Part shown: positions 40,611-53,567 of the stretch, one piece after another | How the letters are laid out: every line of letters begins with the position of its first letter | Position numbering within the stretch: the stretch's first letter is position 1 | Assembly (NCBI RefSeq): GCF_021869535.1 | Contig: NW_026262604.1 | Location: 56,482,001 to 56,546,000, forward strand | Source of the DNA: Mytilus californianus | Lineage: Eukaryota | DNA length: 64,000 nt | Direction: 5' to 3' | Made by a program: the position numbers and the translations under genes | Notes under the pieces: model-generated | The model's database searches: none | What the model was told of the DNA's origin: nothing | The model's input: only the letters and a program-made list of their open reading frames with translations

Positions 40611-43407
40611 AGTGGTCCTAGCTACCACATAATGTGTAGAAAATCAATATTATTGTTCAATCCCTTTGAACCTAGTCAGTAAAGTCGCTGTGTTTCTACC
40701 ACATTGTGCATTCGATGATCAACACATATTGAACAACGAAACACCCCAAAAAAAACCAATTGTTAACCTTATTAAGTAGAAACAACAAGATCTGAGTTCA
40801 ATGAAATACGAACCACAATCCTGTTACAGTTTCGATAGTAGTCTAAGTGAATTACTACAATTTGTATGAATCTGCCGAATTAATGTGATACATTTTTACT
40901 GAACTGTGCATGTGTTTTTACAAGGAAATCAACATACTTATCGAGATTATTCATATATGCTTACATGAATCATTTTGTGTTTGTCATACATGACCTAACC
41001 AAGACCAGTTTACATAGTGTCTAATTTTTCATAACATTTAAAAACAATATTTCATCACAATTAATAGGTTACTCTTGTGACGTAATAACACATGATTTGA
41101 TCACGTCCTCTTAAATACACACGTGTAAAGTATGGAATAATCGGGAGGAGTTTATTTCTAGCATTTTACGAGATCAAGAGAAAATTCACAAAATGTTTTT
41201 CGCATAAATTCAATCTTTAAAGAAGATCACAATCAGGAGCATTAAACCGCGAACACATTTCACCCTAAAAATTGCAACTTTTAAACTCCTGAAAAAAGAC
41301 TTGTTTACAGTAACTAATGAAAATACTGTTTGGTTATTACATGTGATATTATTATGCTTTAAGATTTGTATTTGAATAATTAATGAGACTGTTCATTAGT
41401 CTTTTGTACTCTTTATTAAATGCCAATATATTTCCTTCGAAGCGCTTTCATATTCATCAAACAGTCATTGGCTGGTCTTTAAATGTGTGGCATTCCCATC
41501 AATCACTTCGAAATTAGTCCTTCGATCTGTTTAATCCTAGTAAATCAGTTCTGGATTGGCTTTAATATGTGTGATAATTATCAAACAGTCCCAATCATAA
41601 TGTTATTTTGATCTCTGTACACAAGTTTGTGTATGACGGAAACTATTAATCCGGGTTTTATCTTTAATAGACTATTTTTATATTACAAACGGTACAATTT
41701 GGGGGGAAAATTAACTGTTTCATGTTTTTGTAAACGACAAAATCGACGGAAAACAGTAAATTTTCCCCTCAAATTTCACCGAATATATGCTTGATTGTAC
41801 TTCTTTTGGTTGCTCTTACTTGACTTGGTACATTCTGGATATCTAAACATTATATAATTTGGAGTCATAAGTCGGTAAAATGAAAAAGTCTATTACATTG
41901 TGTGTATGCGTGAAAATCATAAATCTGTCCCGAATCCATGTTTGGTTTTGATCGCAGTTTAACTTTTGATCGTTTTGACACCCATTTATCAGTCCCGAAT
42001 TGTCTGATATAGTCATGGGTTAATCTTAAGAAGTTGAGACACCAAACAATCAGTCCAGGGATTCACTTTTAGATCTGTCTGATCCCCATCAATATGTCAG
42101 GACATGATATGAAAATTTGTATACTACATTGTACCTATCGTGAAAGTCTTCACCCATTTACCACTACTGGGTCGGGTTTTTAATGTTAATGATCTGTATC
42201 ATTTAGTTCCCTCAATCCAGCACTAACTTTCAGATATGTAATATTCACAGCACTACCGAAATAATCGTTTTAGATCTGTGTAGTACCGATTGTTTAGTCC
42301 TAGGTCAAGCTTTTGACAGTTAACACACCAATTTATAGTTCATAGATTGACCTTGCGATCATTATGACACCAATGTATTAGTTTTGTATACTCGGCTCAG
42401 TAGTCACTGCTTGGGTACTGACATGATCAAAAAAAAAAAAAAACCTAAATTTCCTCGTTGATCAATTAAAAAAATAATTACCAACTCCCATATGCAAATT
42501 TTACTTTAGATGAATTAAACTCTCCTTTTAATGTCTCTTTAAGTCAGATAGCTACTATCTTTTTTACGTAATTTTACATCCTTGTCTTTCAAATGTTTAG
42601 GTTCGACCGTTTCAGATGAAGGTAAATTTAGAAAATCGATTCGCACGCAAAAACATTATAAAGTATTATTTTTATTTCCTGGGTTGGTATTTGTATCTTT
42701 ATTATCCTAATCATGTATTGAGGTATGAGTTTGACTGTCAATTTTTATTACATCCTCCAGATCTTACGTGTAGACGAAACGAAGGCTCTATGTACTTTTG
42801 TTTTTTTCTTATGTATTAGTTTTTTTGTACTGTATGTTTGTGTCTTTTTATTTTATTTGTATGTCTTATTTCTGTAACATTATAACACTTATGCTTCATC
42901 TGATATCATAAAGTTTATGATATTTTGAAATAACTTTCATCTTTGACCTTGCAAATTGTAATAACGATATGATATAAACCGTGTACTTTCTTGCGTTTCA
43001 ATGCTTTAATTTATAGATAACCTTTGACCTAAGAGTATTTGTAATGTCGGTATGTGTATTCTGTCAGTTAATATTCTTCCTTTTGTCTTTTTATAAAGTT
43101 TTTTTCGTTATGTTTTTGTTTATATTTTAGCGATAACATGTTCTGTTGAAATAAATGTACATCTTTTTCTTTAAGGGCCGAGAGGGAGGGCGGATTTGTT
43201 ATGTTACGTTTATGAACATTTAATTGTTGTTTATTAAAAATTAAATTATTTAAACTTTTACCAGTTGTTTGTACTTACTATATGACTATTCATTACGCTT
43301 AACAGCATGTGTATATTAGTCATATTCTGAGTGATCGTTCTTTCTACACAACTTCATTAAAAAACATACAATATCAATAAAGAAAATGATAGCATGTCCA
43401 ATACTAT

Positions 43408-43548
43408 GATATTATTACGTGAGTATTTCTGTATTGGCCTTGTTATTGGTCCGAGGCTTCCTGTATTGGCCTGAGGCGAAGCCGAAGGCCAATACAGCTG
43501 GCCGAGGACCAATAACAAGGCCAATACAGAAATACACGTAATAGTATC
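43408..43548. repeat. Long foldback palindrome
   Basis: Arms tattacgtgagtatttctgtattggccttgttattggtcc / ggaccaataacaaggccaatacagaaatacacgtaata, with a nested loop gaggcgaagccga. Confidence 0.9.
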
Positions 43549-44569
43549 TTTATTAATAAACTACAGTCACTGTGTTACAATATATTTTTTATTTCATTTC
43601 ACAAGAGAGAACATTTTTACCTTGAAGTGGAACTATCCAAATCTCAGTTTCTTTTTATAAGATGCTCTATCTAAAGATCTGGTGTCGTTTCCAGGTGTCT
43701 TCAGCATTTTCTCATCTGATGAATTTTTCTACCCTTTCCAGTCACTATAAAGTGTTACAATTTAAATTTAGACACAACACATAAATAGTAATTGGAAAGG
43801 TACTGCCATTGCATGTGTTATGCAGAAACAAACTGAAAAAATAATGTAGGAGTTGAAAATGATACAACTATCCATAAGCCAACTGACCAAAGAACGAAGA
43901 TTTGCACAATTACAGGTCACCCTTCCAGAATGCATATGCCTGGTTCGGGTTTAAAAATAAATGACAGTTTACAAAACATGAGAAGCGAAAGTAAACAGTA
44001 AATCGATTTGTACCATCGTGAAATTATGAGGTCGACAAGAAATGAACTTTGTGATAATCTACTCGTTTCCCAAACCTGAAATAGTTCCATCGTCTGCTTT
44101 CAAAATGCTTTTTAAATGAATGTGACCGTCTTAAGCCTGAAATATATGCCATACTGAACGTTTCAGCATGTTTATGGTGAGTAAATAAAAACTGCGTCTT
44201 CCAAACAACTGTTTACTTTCAGTTTGTGTTTATCGTGACTTTCGATCTAAAAACTAGGGACGTTCCGAAATCCTGTATTGGCCGGATCAGAACTCGGCCA
44301 ATACAGAAAAAAAATCTATATTGGCCGAGTTATTCTGTATTGGCCGAGTTGACACCTTTATATTGCATAGGCAGTTTTCATCATATTAAGTCCAATAACA
44401 GTGTAGTTAATTAATAATGTTTCATATTCAGTTTCGAGGTCTGCGAATCTTATTAGAGATTACTGTATAAAAAAACTTTTCAGCTGTTGGTTTACCGTCT
44501 CGTCGTCATTTATCTGCTTATCTTCTAATTTTTATAGGTATGCTAAATATGAAAACAACACTCTAAAAT

Positions 44570-44925
44570 TTGCATGTGTCCAAAGCGTTTCTCTGGATTT
44601 TCCTTCATCGGGAACGCTATAAGCAGAATATTTGGAAGCCAAGGATATATAAAAACTCAAGCAGTTGACGAGCTATATGACCAAAAAATGACCTACACAT
44701 AATAGAGCCTAATACATCTAAGGTCAAACTTAGTTTCTTAATATTTGTTTTACTTTTTAAATAGACAATTTACTGAGCTAATGATACCCTCGGGGACTGA
44801 CAGTCCACCAGCAGCGGTACCGACCTGTTGCTGTAAAATACAAAAACAACACTTTATACATTCCATGCGTCTAACCGCTTTTCTGGTTTTACTTTCATCA
44901 GGAACGCTCAAAGCCAAATATTGTA
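44570..44925 (-). mobile_element. Degenerate monomer of the AAGCGCTT hammerhead repeat family with two ribozyme remnants
   Basis: Direct repeats ...ccttcatcgggaacgct (about 44600) and ...ctttcatcaggaacgctc (about 44895) flank the reverse complement of the monomer 5' part (gataccctcgggg...ccaccagcag). Confidence 0.65.
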
Positions 44926-46589
44926 TGTAAGTAAGTAAATTTCATTTAAATTCGGCACGTATAGATTTCAAAATTGTTACGATCATTTTATTCTTGCGCA
45001 ATTTCCATGAAATAGATTCCAGAATAAACAAAAAATCACATTTGAAATGTAAAAGCATTAGTTTGAAGATATAGCATTGATTTATTTCGTATTTGTATCA
45101 CTTATTAAATAATAATAATAAAAAGACTCATTGACGATACAAAGTTTATAATTTTGTACGCCAGACGCGCCACTGACTCTCAAATCAAAAAAGATTGAAG
45201 GCCATATCAAGTACGAAGTTAAAGAGAATTGGTGTGTTTGAGCTTTTGATTTTGCTATTTGGTAATGGACTTTCCGTTTTGAATTTTCCTGGGAGTTCGA
45301 TATTTTTGTTATTTTACTTTTATGGACTCAAAATCCAAAAGTATGGCAAACACCAGCTAAGGTAATTTATACCTGGGGCAGAAAATCTTTAGTATTTCGA
45401 ACAATTCAATGTAAACGAATCATTTATAAATAAGGCCATATCAATGATATGTATACACGTGAACATTCTGAATGATAGAATTCAGCATGAGCTGCAAGGA
45501 ACTCTTACAATCGACTATAACTAGTACTTAGTAATTAATAATAATAACTTATGCTTATGGAGGACTTCAGCTATCTGTCATGTACTTTATCCGTTGCTAG
45601 TCAAGTAATATCTTGAACAATGTTATTATACCTTACAAATACCTCTATGTTACAATCGTTTGGTAGTTTCCCATCAAAAATAATCATTCAACCTGCCTTT
45701 TCAAAATTGTATGCGCACTGTTTGCTCACGCATATGATATTTGATAAAACTTGATCATATTCCGTAAAATATTTAGCATGTTCCGGAATCAGATACATGT
45801 TTGTAAGTTACCACCATTCACGCACTACTTGTACTCTTCCAAATTAAAAATGATGAAAAAACATATAGCAGAACGCATGTTTGTTGTTGTTTTTTATAAG
45901 TTCACAAACAAAACTCCGTAAATGTGCTAGGGTCTGCATTTATTTATTCAAATATATTTTACTCAAATCTAGTAGTTTACGTCTACCAAAAAGTTATATC
46001 ACAAAAATACTGAACACCGAGGAAAATTCAAAACGGAAAGTCCCTCGTCAAATGGCAAAATCAAAGCACAAATACATCAAATGAATGGACAACAACTGTC
46101 AAATCCTGACTTGGTATAGTCCTTTTCTAATGTAGAAAATGGTGAATTGAACCTGGTTTTATAGCGCTTAACCTCTCATTTGTATGACGGTCGCATCAAA
46201 TTCTACTATATTGACAACGATGCGTGAATAAAACAAACAGACATAATAGGTGAAAATGTCAAAATAGGATAAAGCAGTCAACACCGTGTCACAATCTTAA
46301 TCACAACAAAAACAAACAAATATTTAACAAAGAAGCACAAAAACTCAACTTACTTTTGTCTTCATGATTAAAATATTCAAGAAATGATTTTTAACTCCAA
46401 TATAAATTTCAACAATAACTTGTCATATAGTTTTTAAGATTTATGAAGGAAAAAGAGCAGGGTTGATAAAATGAAAATAACACTTTATACATTTGTTGCG
46501 TCCGAAGCCCTTTTCTTGATCTATTGCCACATGTGAGGAATGCTCATTCCCCAAACAAACTAAAGCCATAGATGTATAAATACCAACAC

Positions 46590-46735
46590 ATATGAAGAGC
46601 TTCAAAGGATACTTCTTAAACAAACACTTTCGAGTTACGACAAAGAACGGCTGAAATCGACACGTCATGCGTTTTCCAGTTACCACCACGAATTGGTTGA
46701 ACAATACGATATGTCTGTGTCTCAAATTAATTAGG
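46590..46735 (+). pseudogene. Penelope-like element RT C-terminal remnant
   Basis: Translates as LLKQTLSSYDKERLKSTRHAFSSYHHELVEQYDMSVSQIN*, resembling the Y..RLKS.L.KF...HH.LV..Y..SVSQ tail recalled for PLE-type RTs. Confidence 0.55.
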
Positions 46736-47118
46736 TCCATATTTGATTCCAAAATAAATATTTAATAGGGTATTTTACCGATTTTTTTTTTCTATTCCGG
46801 ATTGTGACATTTTGATTGAGTTTGTATTGACGCGGCGGGTGACGCTTACACTGTCCCCCAAAAAAACCCATAGCATTCAAATGAGTATTAATTATTCTAG
46901 TGTTCTCTAAATGGCCGATAATCTTGCGCTCAATCGGGTTATACTTTGGCATTTAAACGTCCAATTGCTCTCACTAAAATGTCCTAAGGTAGTTGGCATG
47001 GGCTATATGCCTTCGGGTTTATATGATCCGTTCATCCTATTTCGACTCTTCAAAATTAAAGAGTCAATCCCAAATTGAGGTAAATTATATGGCCTTCCAA
47101 ATACCGTTTCGATTCCTA

Positions 47119-47162
47119 GCATCACTGAAGAGACATTAATTGTCGAAATCCGGATATGGTGT
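47119..47162 (+). ncRNA. Type I hammerhead ribozyme, copy 1
   Basis: gcatca CTGAAGA GAC attaatt GTC GAA A tccgga T A / tggtgt. Full core, stems I and II, palindromic stem III. Predicted cleavage after 47156. Confidence 0.9.
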
Positions 47163-47657
47163 ACAAATTTGTGCACCTCATGTTTGCGGAATACCATCTT
47201 TTCCGCAAGTTTTTTTGTGTTTTCTATTTGGTATTAGATCAAAATTCAGATCCATTTTGTTACATCTGTGATCCGTTTATTTGGCAATCGCCATGGCAGT
47301 CAGCAGGGTTTAAGAACATCCGTTGTTCTACCTTCTAGTCAAATGCGTTTTGTTAAAATATACTTTTTCACTTTTTGGTCTTTTTGAAAATGTTGTTTGT
47401 GCTGTATTTAGACCCCTCTACCAAGAAATTTGTTTTTGCATGCACACGTATAAAAATTGCGGTTTTTATCCAACGCAATCATAGGTTTGAACTTTGTTTT
47501 CAATTTAGACTTGTTTATATTTTTTTCGTTTGGGCTTGTATTATATTTGCCTTCGGGTTTATGTGATCCGTTCATCCTATTTCGACTCTTCAAAATTAAA
47601 GAGTCAATCCCAAATTGAGGTAAATTATATGGCCTTCCAATACCGTTTCGATTCCTA

Positions 47658-47701
47658 ACATCACTGAAGAGACATTAATTGTCGAAATCCGGATATGATG
47701 T
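47658..47701 (+). ncRNA. Type I hammerhead ribozyme, copy 2
   Basis: Same core; stem I acatca/tgatgt is fully Watson-Crick. Predicted cleavage after 47695. Confidence 0.9.
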
Positions 47702-48193
47702 ACAAATCTTTGCACCTCATGTTTGCGGTATACCATCTTTTCCGCAAGTTTTTGTTTTTTCTATTTGGTATTAGATTAAAATTAAGATCCATTTTGTTAC
47801 ATCTGTGATCCGTTTATTTGGCAATCGCCATGGCAGTCAGCAGGGTTTAAGAACATCCGTTGTTCGACCTGCTAGTCAAATGCGTTTTGTTAAAATATAC
47901 TTTTTCACTTTTTGGTCTTTTTGAAAATGTTGTTTGTGCTGTATTTAACCCCTCTACCAAGAAATTTGTTTTTGCATGCACACGTATAAAAATTGCGGTT
48001 TTTATCCAACGCAATCATAGGTTTGAACGTTGTTTTCAATTTAGACTTGTTTATATTTTTTCGTTTGGGCTTGTATTATATTTGCCTTCGGGTTTATATG
48101 ATCCGTTCATCCTATTTCGACTCTTCAAAATTAAAGAGTCAATCCCAAATTTAGTTAAATTATATGGCCTTCCAAATACCGTTTCGATTCCTA

Positions 48194-48237
48194 GCATCAC
48201 TGAAGAGACATTAATTGTCGAAATCCGGATATGGTGT
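48194..48237 (+). ncRNA. Type I hammerhead ribozyme, copy 3
   Basis: Identical to copy 1. Predicted cleavage after 48231. Confidence 0.9.
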
Positions 48238-48593
48238 ACAAATTTTTGCACATCATGTTTGCGGTATACCATCTTTTCCGCAAGTTTTTTGTTTTTTCTA
48301 TTTGGTATTAGATTAAAATTAAGATCCATTTTGTTACATCTGTGATCCGTTTATTTAGCAATCGCCATGGCATGCAGCAGGGTTTAAGAACATCCGTTGT
48401 TCGACCTGCAAGTCAAATGCGTTTTGTTAAAATATACTTTTTCACTTTTTGGTCTTTTTGAAAATGTTGTTTGTGCTGTATTTAGACCCCTCTACCAAGA
48501 AATTTGTTTTGCATGCACACGTATAAAAATTGCGGTTTGTATCCAACGCAATCATAGGTTTGAACGTTGTTTTCAATTTAGACTTGTTTATAT

Positions 48594-48636
<43 letters not shown>

Positions 48637-50902
48637 TAAACGTTTAAAATCATGGATAGGTCGACGAGATTGCGTTCTTTTTTAGAGATCATGTGATGAC
48701 CTCAGTTTTTGTTTGAAACATGATTATGCTTTTTTTATCGATTGTTGAAATTCAAACATCGTGAACTACTATCTTTCGAATTGAAGAAACCAATTGAAAG
48801 TCCAATTCCAGAATTTCCATACAAATAATCCATGAAAAATGTACCAGTTTAGTGTTTTATGGCTCGGATTAAAATGAAAAAAAAAACTTACAATTCTAAC
48901 TACTATAATCGGTATCAAACATATACATCATTGTATACTCCAATTACATATAGTTGTTCAATACTTTGTCTCACTTCCGCACGTTTGTTTGTCTATTTAT
49001 CTGTAAATTGGTTTTACAGGTACGATGGAATGATAGAGTGCTCACAAACATGTTTAAACCTGCCTAATTCTCTATGTGCCTTACCCAAGTCGAGAGCCTG
49101 TTATCCAGTGGTTGCATAGGTTGTTGTCTGCCATAAATGATTTTCTTTTATTGCGTTTAGCATAAATCAGGCCGTTGGATTTGAATTGTCTTCATATTTT
49201 GTCATTCCGAGGACTTGGTATGGAACGTACGGCGAATTGTTACACAATATTTGTTTATATCCTCGTAACGTAGTCTCTGATCATTGACAAGAATATCACA
49301 TCTCAGTGTTTTTTATAAAGTAAGCAACTTCACTAGGTTATGTTCAAAAGATTTTTTGATATAGTGAGTTTTAACTTTGTTTACATTAAGTGTAGTTAAA
49401 GTTTTTGTTAAATATATAGAAGAGGACATATTAACATAAACATACCATAAAATGATTCTATACACCAAAAACCATAGACATTGTTTCAAGCGTTGAATGT
49501 GAAAGAGTACGTTATACCTTTTAAATCGTTAACCTTCAAAGTACAACATAATTAAAATATAAATGTAATTTTGTTTAAAAATAGAAGTTGAACTTAAATG
49601 TGGACACCGTGCAGATCGCCACATCCAGGGTGTTGGCTATGCTTGACACGGGTTGGCGGTTTTGAAGCGCAGAAAAAACGACCAAGGTAAGTAAAAGTAT
49701 CAATATTTCGTTTTGGAGAATTGTTAACACTATATGATATATTGCACGGAAGCAACCGAACCATAATATAATTCCAGCAATCAGGAGTAGACGTTTCCAG
49801 TGAACTGTTTTGTCAAACACCTCTCCCAAGTTGTCTGTGTTGCAGATTTTGGACTTCATATGCAAGTTTCCGGATAAAAAACTACTTTCGGCGATTTTTT
49901 CCCGTATGATTTGTATAGAAATGAATTCCTATTATTGAATTTTACCAAATGCCAGCTTCTTAATCAAAATTTATTGGTTTTAAAGTTACTTGTTGATCAA
50001 AATGTAATGTGTCGCTCGGGATGTCATATTTTGCGTCTCACGAGGGTCGAACTTTTATTTGAACAAGGATAGATTTGCCTATAATTCGGTCGTTATCTGA
50101 TAGTTTGTAATTCAAGCACACCTTCTCTATTATGACGAATCATTACAAACTTAATGTTAATGACCCTTTCTGTAGCACAGACAGTTGTCTCTGAAAAAGA
50201 ATTACCCAATATACTTCAATAAAAGTATATAGGTAAAATAAATTCAGAGACAACTGCCTTTGTTCTGCGTATTATGAAATGTTCAAAGTGCTGCAATATC
50301 AAAACAGCATAAATACAGAATAAAAGTGACTTGCCATTTAGTACGCATAACAAAGGAAAACGTTGTCCAAAGCAATACTATTTATTGTTTCATTGTATTT
50401 TATAGTAAATGGGGATTTTGTGGCAAATAAAGCAATGATGTTTGCAGAAAATCCACAGACTTCATCATTGTTCATTACAGAGATTTTCGATATAAGATTT
50501 TAATTAAAGATTACAGTATTCACTTGTTTGTCCTTGCTGTGCTAAAAAAGTCATAAACAACCTTTACAATCCAAAAACCCTCGTGTTGAGTCACTAAAGT
50601 CGATCGCACCCTAAAATATCTACTTGAAGAAGTCCATGTGTGTTCTTGTTTTAAATAATATCTTTATTTATGTACTTGTTTTAGGAAAAACATTGCTAGC
50701 ACTGCATGCAATAATCCTCTATCTAGTAAGCACCGAATTGTCAAATATAGAACAAGGGGAAAGGCTGCGGATTTTTTTGGATAAAATTTCTTAATGTTAA
50801 TCAAACATAGCCAACACCCCGCATCTTTTATCAATTTTTGTCGAAATTTTTAAACTGGTCGGAATAAAAACTCATCAACGATACCAAGCTTATAGTTTGG
50901 TA

Positions 50903-50940
50903 TGTCAGACATGCGTTTCGTCCACATTAGACTCATCAGC
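50903..50940 (-). ncRNA. Hammerhead remnant with intact core (ACGCGCGT family variant)
   Basis: Reverse complement: CTGATGA GTCT aatgt GGAC GAA A cgcatg T C. Stem I and the stem III palindrome are degraded. Confidence 0.6.
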
Positions 50941-51723
50941 TCCTCTTCGAAAAAAAATAGTTAGAATGCCAAATCATAACATTAAAAATTGAAAACTTCG
51001 AAAGATTGTGCAAATACAGTTAAGGCAATCTATGCCTGGGGTAGAAAAACCTTAGTGTTTCGAATAATTCAACATTTATAACAGTAAATAATAAAAAAAG
51101 GAAGATATCAATAATATTTCATGTGAACACAAAAGTTTTGACTACACCACCGGTGATAAAATGCATTAAGTGCTTTCAGAAATGAACTAGAATTGCAATA
51201 ACCTATTTCTCAAAATTGTCACAAAGAAATAGTCAATTACATTTTCATTATGACATGCTTTTGTTATTTTTTCACGATTTTATGACAGGATTGGTAGTTC
51301 CATTGTATACAACACAATGTAGCCATTTTCATTCTTACTTAATCAATATGAAAAAAAAGCTTAACAGCTTGTTCATTAATTCAATTGTGTCATGATTATG
51401 AATGAAATTCTGTTTACTGTCATAATCATGAATGAAGTTACGTCTTTGTATACGCATGTTTTTATGAATGAAGTATTGAAAAGCTGACACAGTAGAGGAA
51501 ACAGATGTGGTTGTCGAATAAATACATGTAGTACATGGAAAATTGATTGCCATGCACTGGTCAAGGTAGAAAAACATGTACTTTTCTAAGTAACACACCT
51601 TTGGGTCGATTTCTTGAACTGTATAAAACATTACAATTTTATCCAAGACACATGATTAGAATGTTAGACACATGATAGTTAAATTGTAAATCTTACAAGA
51701 TTATGACCTTTCTTAAGAAATAA

Positions 51724-51872
51724 TTCTGTCATGCCATGCTATATGCTCATTTGAACATGGGTAGGCATTATATTTGTCAATATCTTTATACCGAGCGTTA
51801 GAGAGGTGTTAAATGTTGACAAATATAATGCCTACCCATATTAAAATGAGCATAGAGCATGGCATGATAGAA
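51724..51872. repeat. Long foldback palindrome
   Basis: About 65-bp arms (catgccatgct...ggtaggcattatatttgtcaa / ttgacaaatataatgcctacc...agcatggcatg); loop ccgagcgttagagagg. Confidence 0.9.
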
Positions 51873-52921
51873 GTATTTCGATTCTAATAGGAACATTTTG
51901 AACTTTTGTTCTTCGAAGCGGACCTATAATACACCCTCGAAAGGCAACCATTTGATTTGATGAACCAAAAACGTTATAGAAGATCTACAGTTTAACGATA
52001 AAAAATGAACAGATACATTTGAACTTACTTTTAGAATGATTTTATTTAATTTCCTAGCGAGCAACACCAACACATGTGTTCATTTTGTTCTCCGGTGTTG
52101 TTCAAAATACAACTGACGTCGCATTTTCAATTGTGACGTCAATCACGTGCAGCCCATGTTTTATTGGAATTAGAACATGGCTTTGTTTCCAATGCGAAAG
52201 AAGAACGTCATGTTAGAATTTAAAATAAATATCGAATATTTAGGAATATGATTAATTTCCTTTTCAGTTCACATATTTAAGTTTATTTTTTGCATAATTT
52301 GTTTATTACTGTAATTTCCATTTGTAAAGTTTGTTTCTACTCAAGAGAAGGGATGACCTCAGGGTAATTTTTCATAAAGTTTTCAGAATATTTGGTATTT
52401 GAAGCTTTTGATGTTTGTTTATAATTTGGCCTTCAATCTGTTTTGATTAAAGCGTCATTGATGAGCAATATGTAGAGGAAACACGTATCTAGCGTAATTA
52501 GTTATGATGATGAAATTTTACAGCTACTGGGTCGATGCCACAGCTAATGAAAGTTTCGTTGCAGATGGTATCACCAGTACCATAGTCAGTGTCCCTGTGC
52601 TGACATATCATATCATATCAATGATTCGGTCAATTATCCGTGCCTGTTTTAATTAAACTGTGTTTTATATCTTGCTTGCTGAAGCAATTCATGTTCTTTC
52701 CTTTTAGTATAGTTTTCAATATCATAGTGATTATATCGTAAATTGGTCAAAAGTCGTCATTTCTGTGCTTTTACTCAGTCGTTTGATGGTTTCAACCTTA
52801 TTAGTATTTTTGAAGATCCTGTGTTGATGGTTTTTTTTTGTACTATTTACAGTTTCTTTTTGTCTATTATTAAAAATAAATTTGAAAAGTAAAATTCCTA
52901 AATCGTATTTCAGGCCAATAA

Positions 52922-53180
52922 GGGACGACATCAAAAGATCAATGTAGGATAGAAAACTTAAATCAAATAGTTTGGGGGTGGGGGGGGGCGGGGGGGGGGG
53001 GGTTAAAATTGCTGCAAGTTTTGTTTATCCAAAATCGATTTTACATATATCCATATTGGTCAATCAATTTTTCCCAAATTAAGTTTAGAGGGGGGGGGGG
53101 GGGGGGGGGAGGGGGGGGGTCAGTGAAAAAACTATGTGAATTAAGTTTTTTATCCTACATTGAACTTTTGATGTCGTCCT
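52922..53180. mobile_element. PIF/Harbinger-type MITE, copy 1
   Basis: TAA flanks; long TIRs gggacgacatcaaaag.tcaatgtaggata; internal poly-G runs. Confidence 0.8.
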
Positions 53181-53567
53181 TAACTCATATAAGGAGGCAA
53201 TTGATTGTTTCAGTCAAACTGACACTTGTTTGAAGATACTGTAATGCTGGACATTGTTTTCGTTTTACAGTTTCTGTCTGTCTGTTATAGTTTTCCAAAA
53301 AGATAGGTAAACACATAACAATTGGCCAAAAACCATCATTATAGGCAATAAGGAGACAATAAATGGTGTCAATCTTATTGCATTTTAGATCTAGTTATCT
53401 TCTATTACTGTTTTCAAATCTATAGGCAAGTCAAACAATTTCTTCCTGGTCTTCTCACTTTCTTTCATTGGTCCACTCACTTTCTTTTTGGGCTACTCAA
53501 TTTTCTGATTCTAATGTGGTATGATCGACATCCATCAAAGACCAATTGACAAAGTTGTGATCAATAA

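Larger units (their letters stand above)
47008..48632 (+). mobile_element. Retrozyme-like tandem array (about 3 x 535-540 bp) with intact type I hammerhead ribozymes, ending in (TA)n
   Basis: The marker gccttcggg recurs at 47009, 47549 and 48084. Each unit contains CTGAAGA-GACATTAATTGTC-GAAA-TCCGGA-TA. (TA)n runs 48589-48632. Confidence 0.9.

Noticed and set aside
41870-42420. Loosely recurring cagtccc / ttttagatctg motifs
   Set aside because: Too degenerate to define a unit or boundaries by eye; probably an old tandem repeat.
47375-48639. ORFs of 60-161 aa in the 537-bp array (and 25119-25969)
   Set aside because: They mostly rely on alternative starts, are broken differently in each unit and have no recognisable domain. 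They are by-products of a non-coding repeat.
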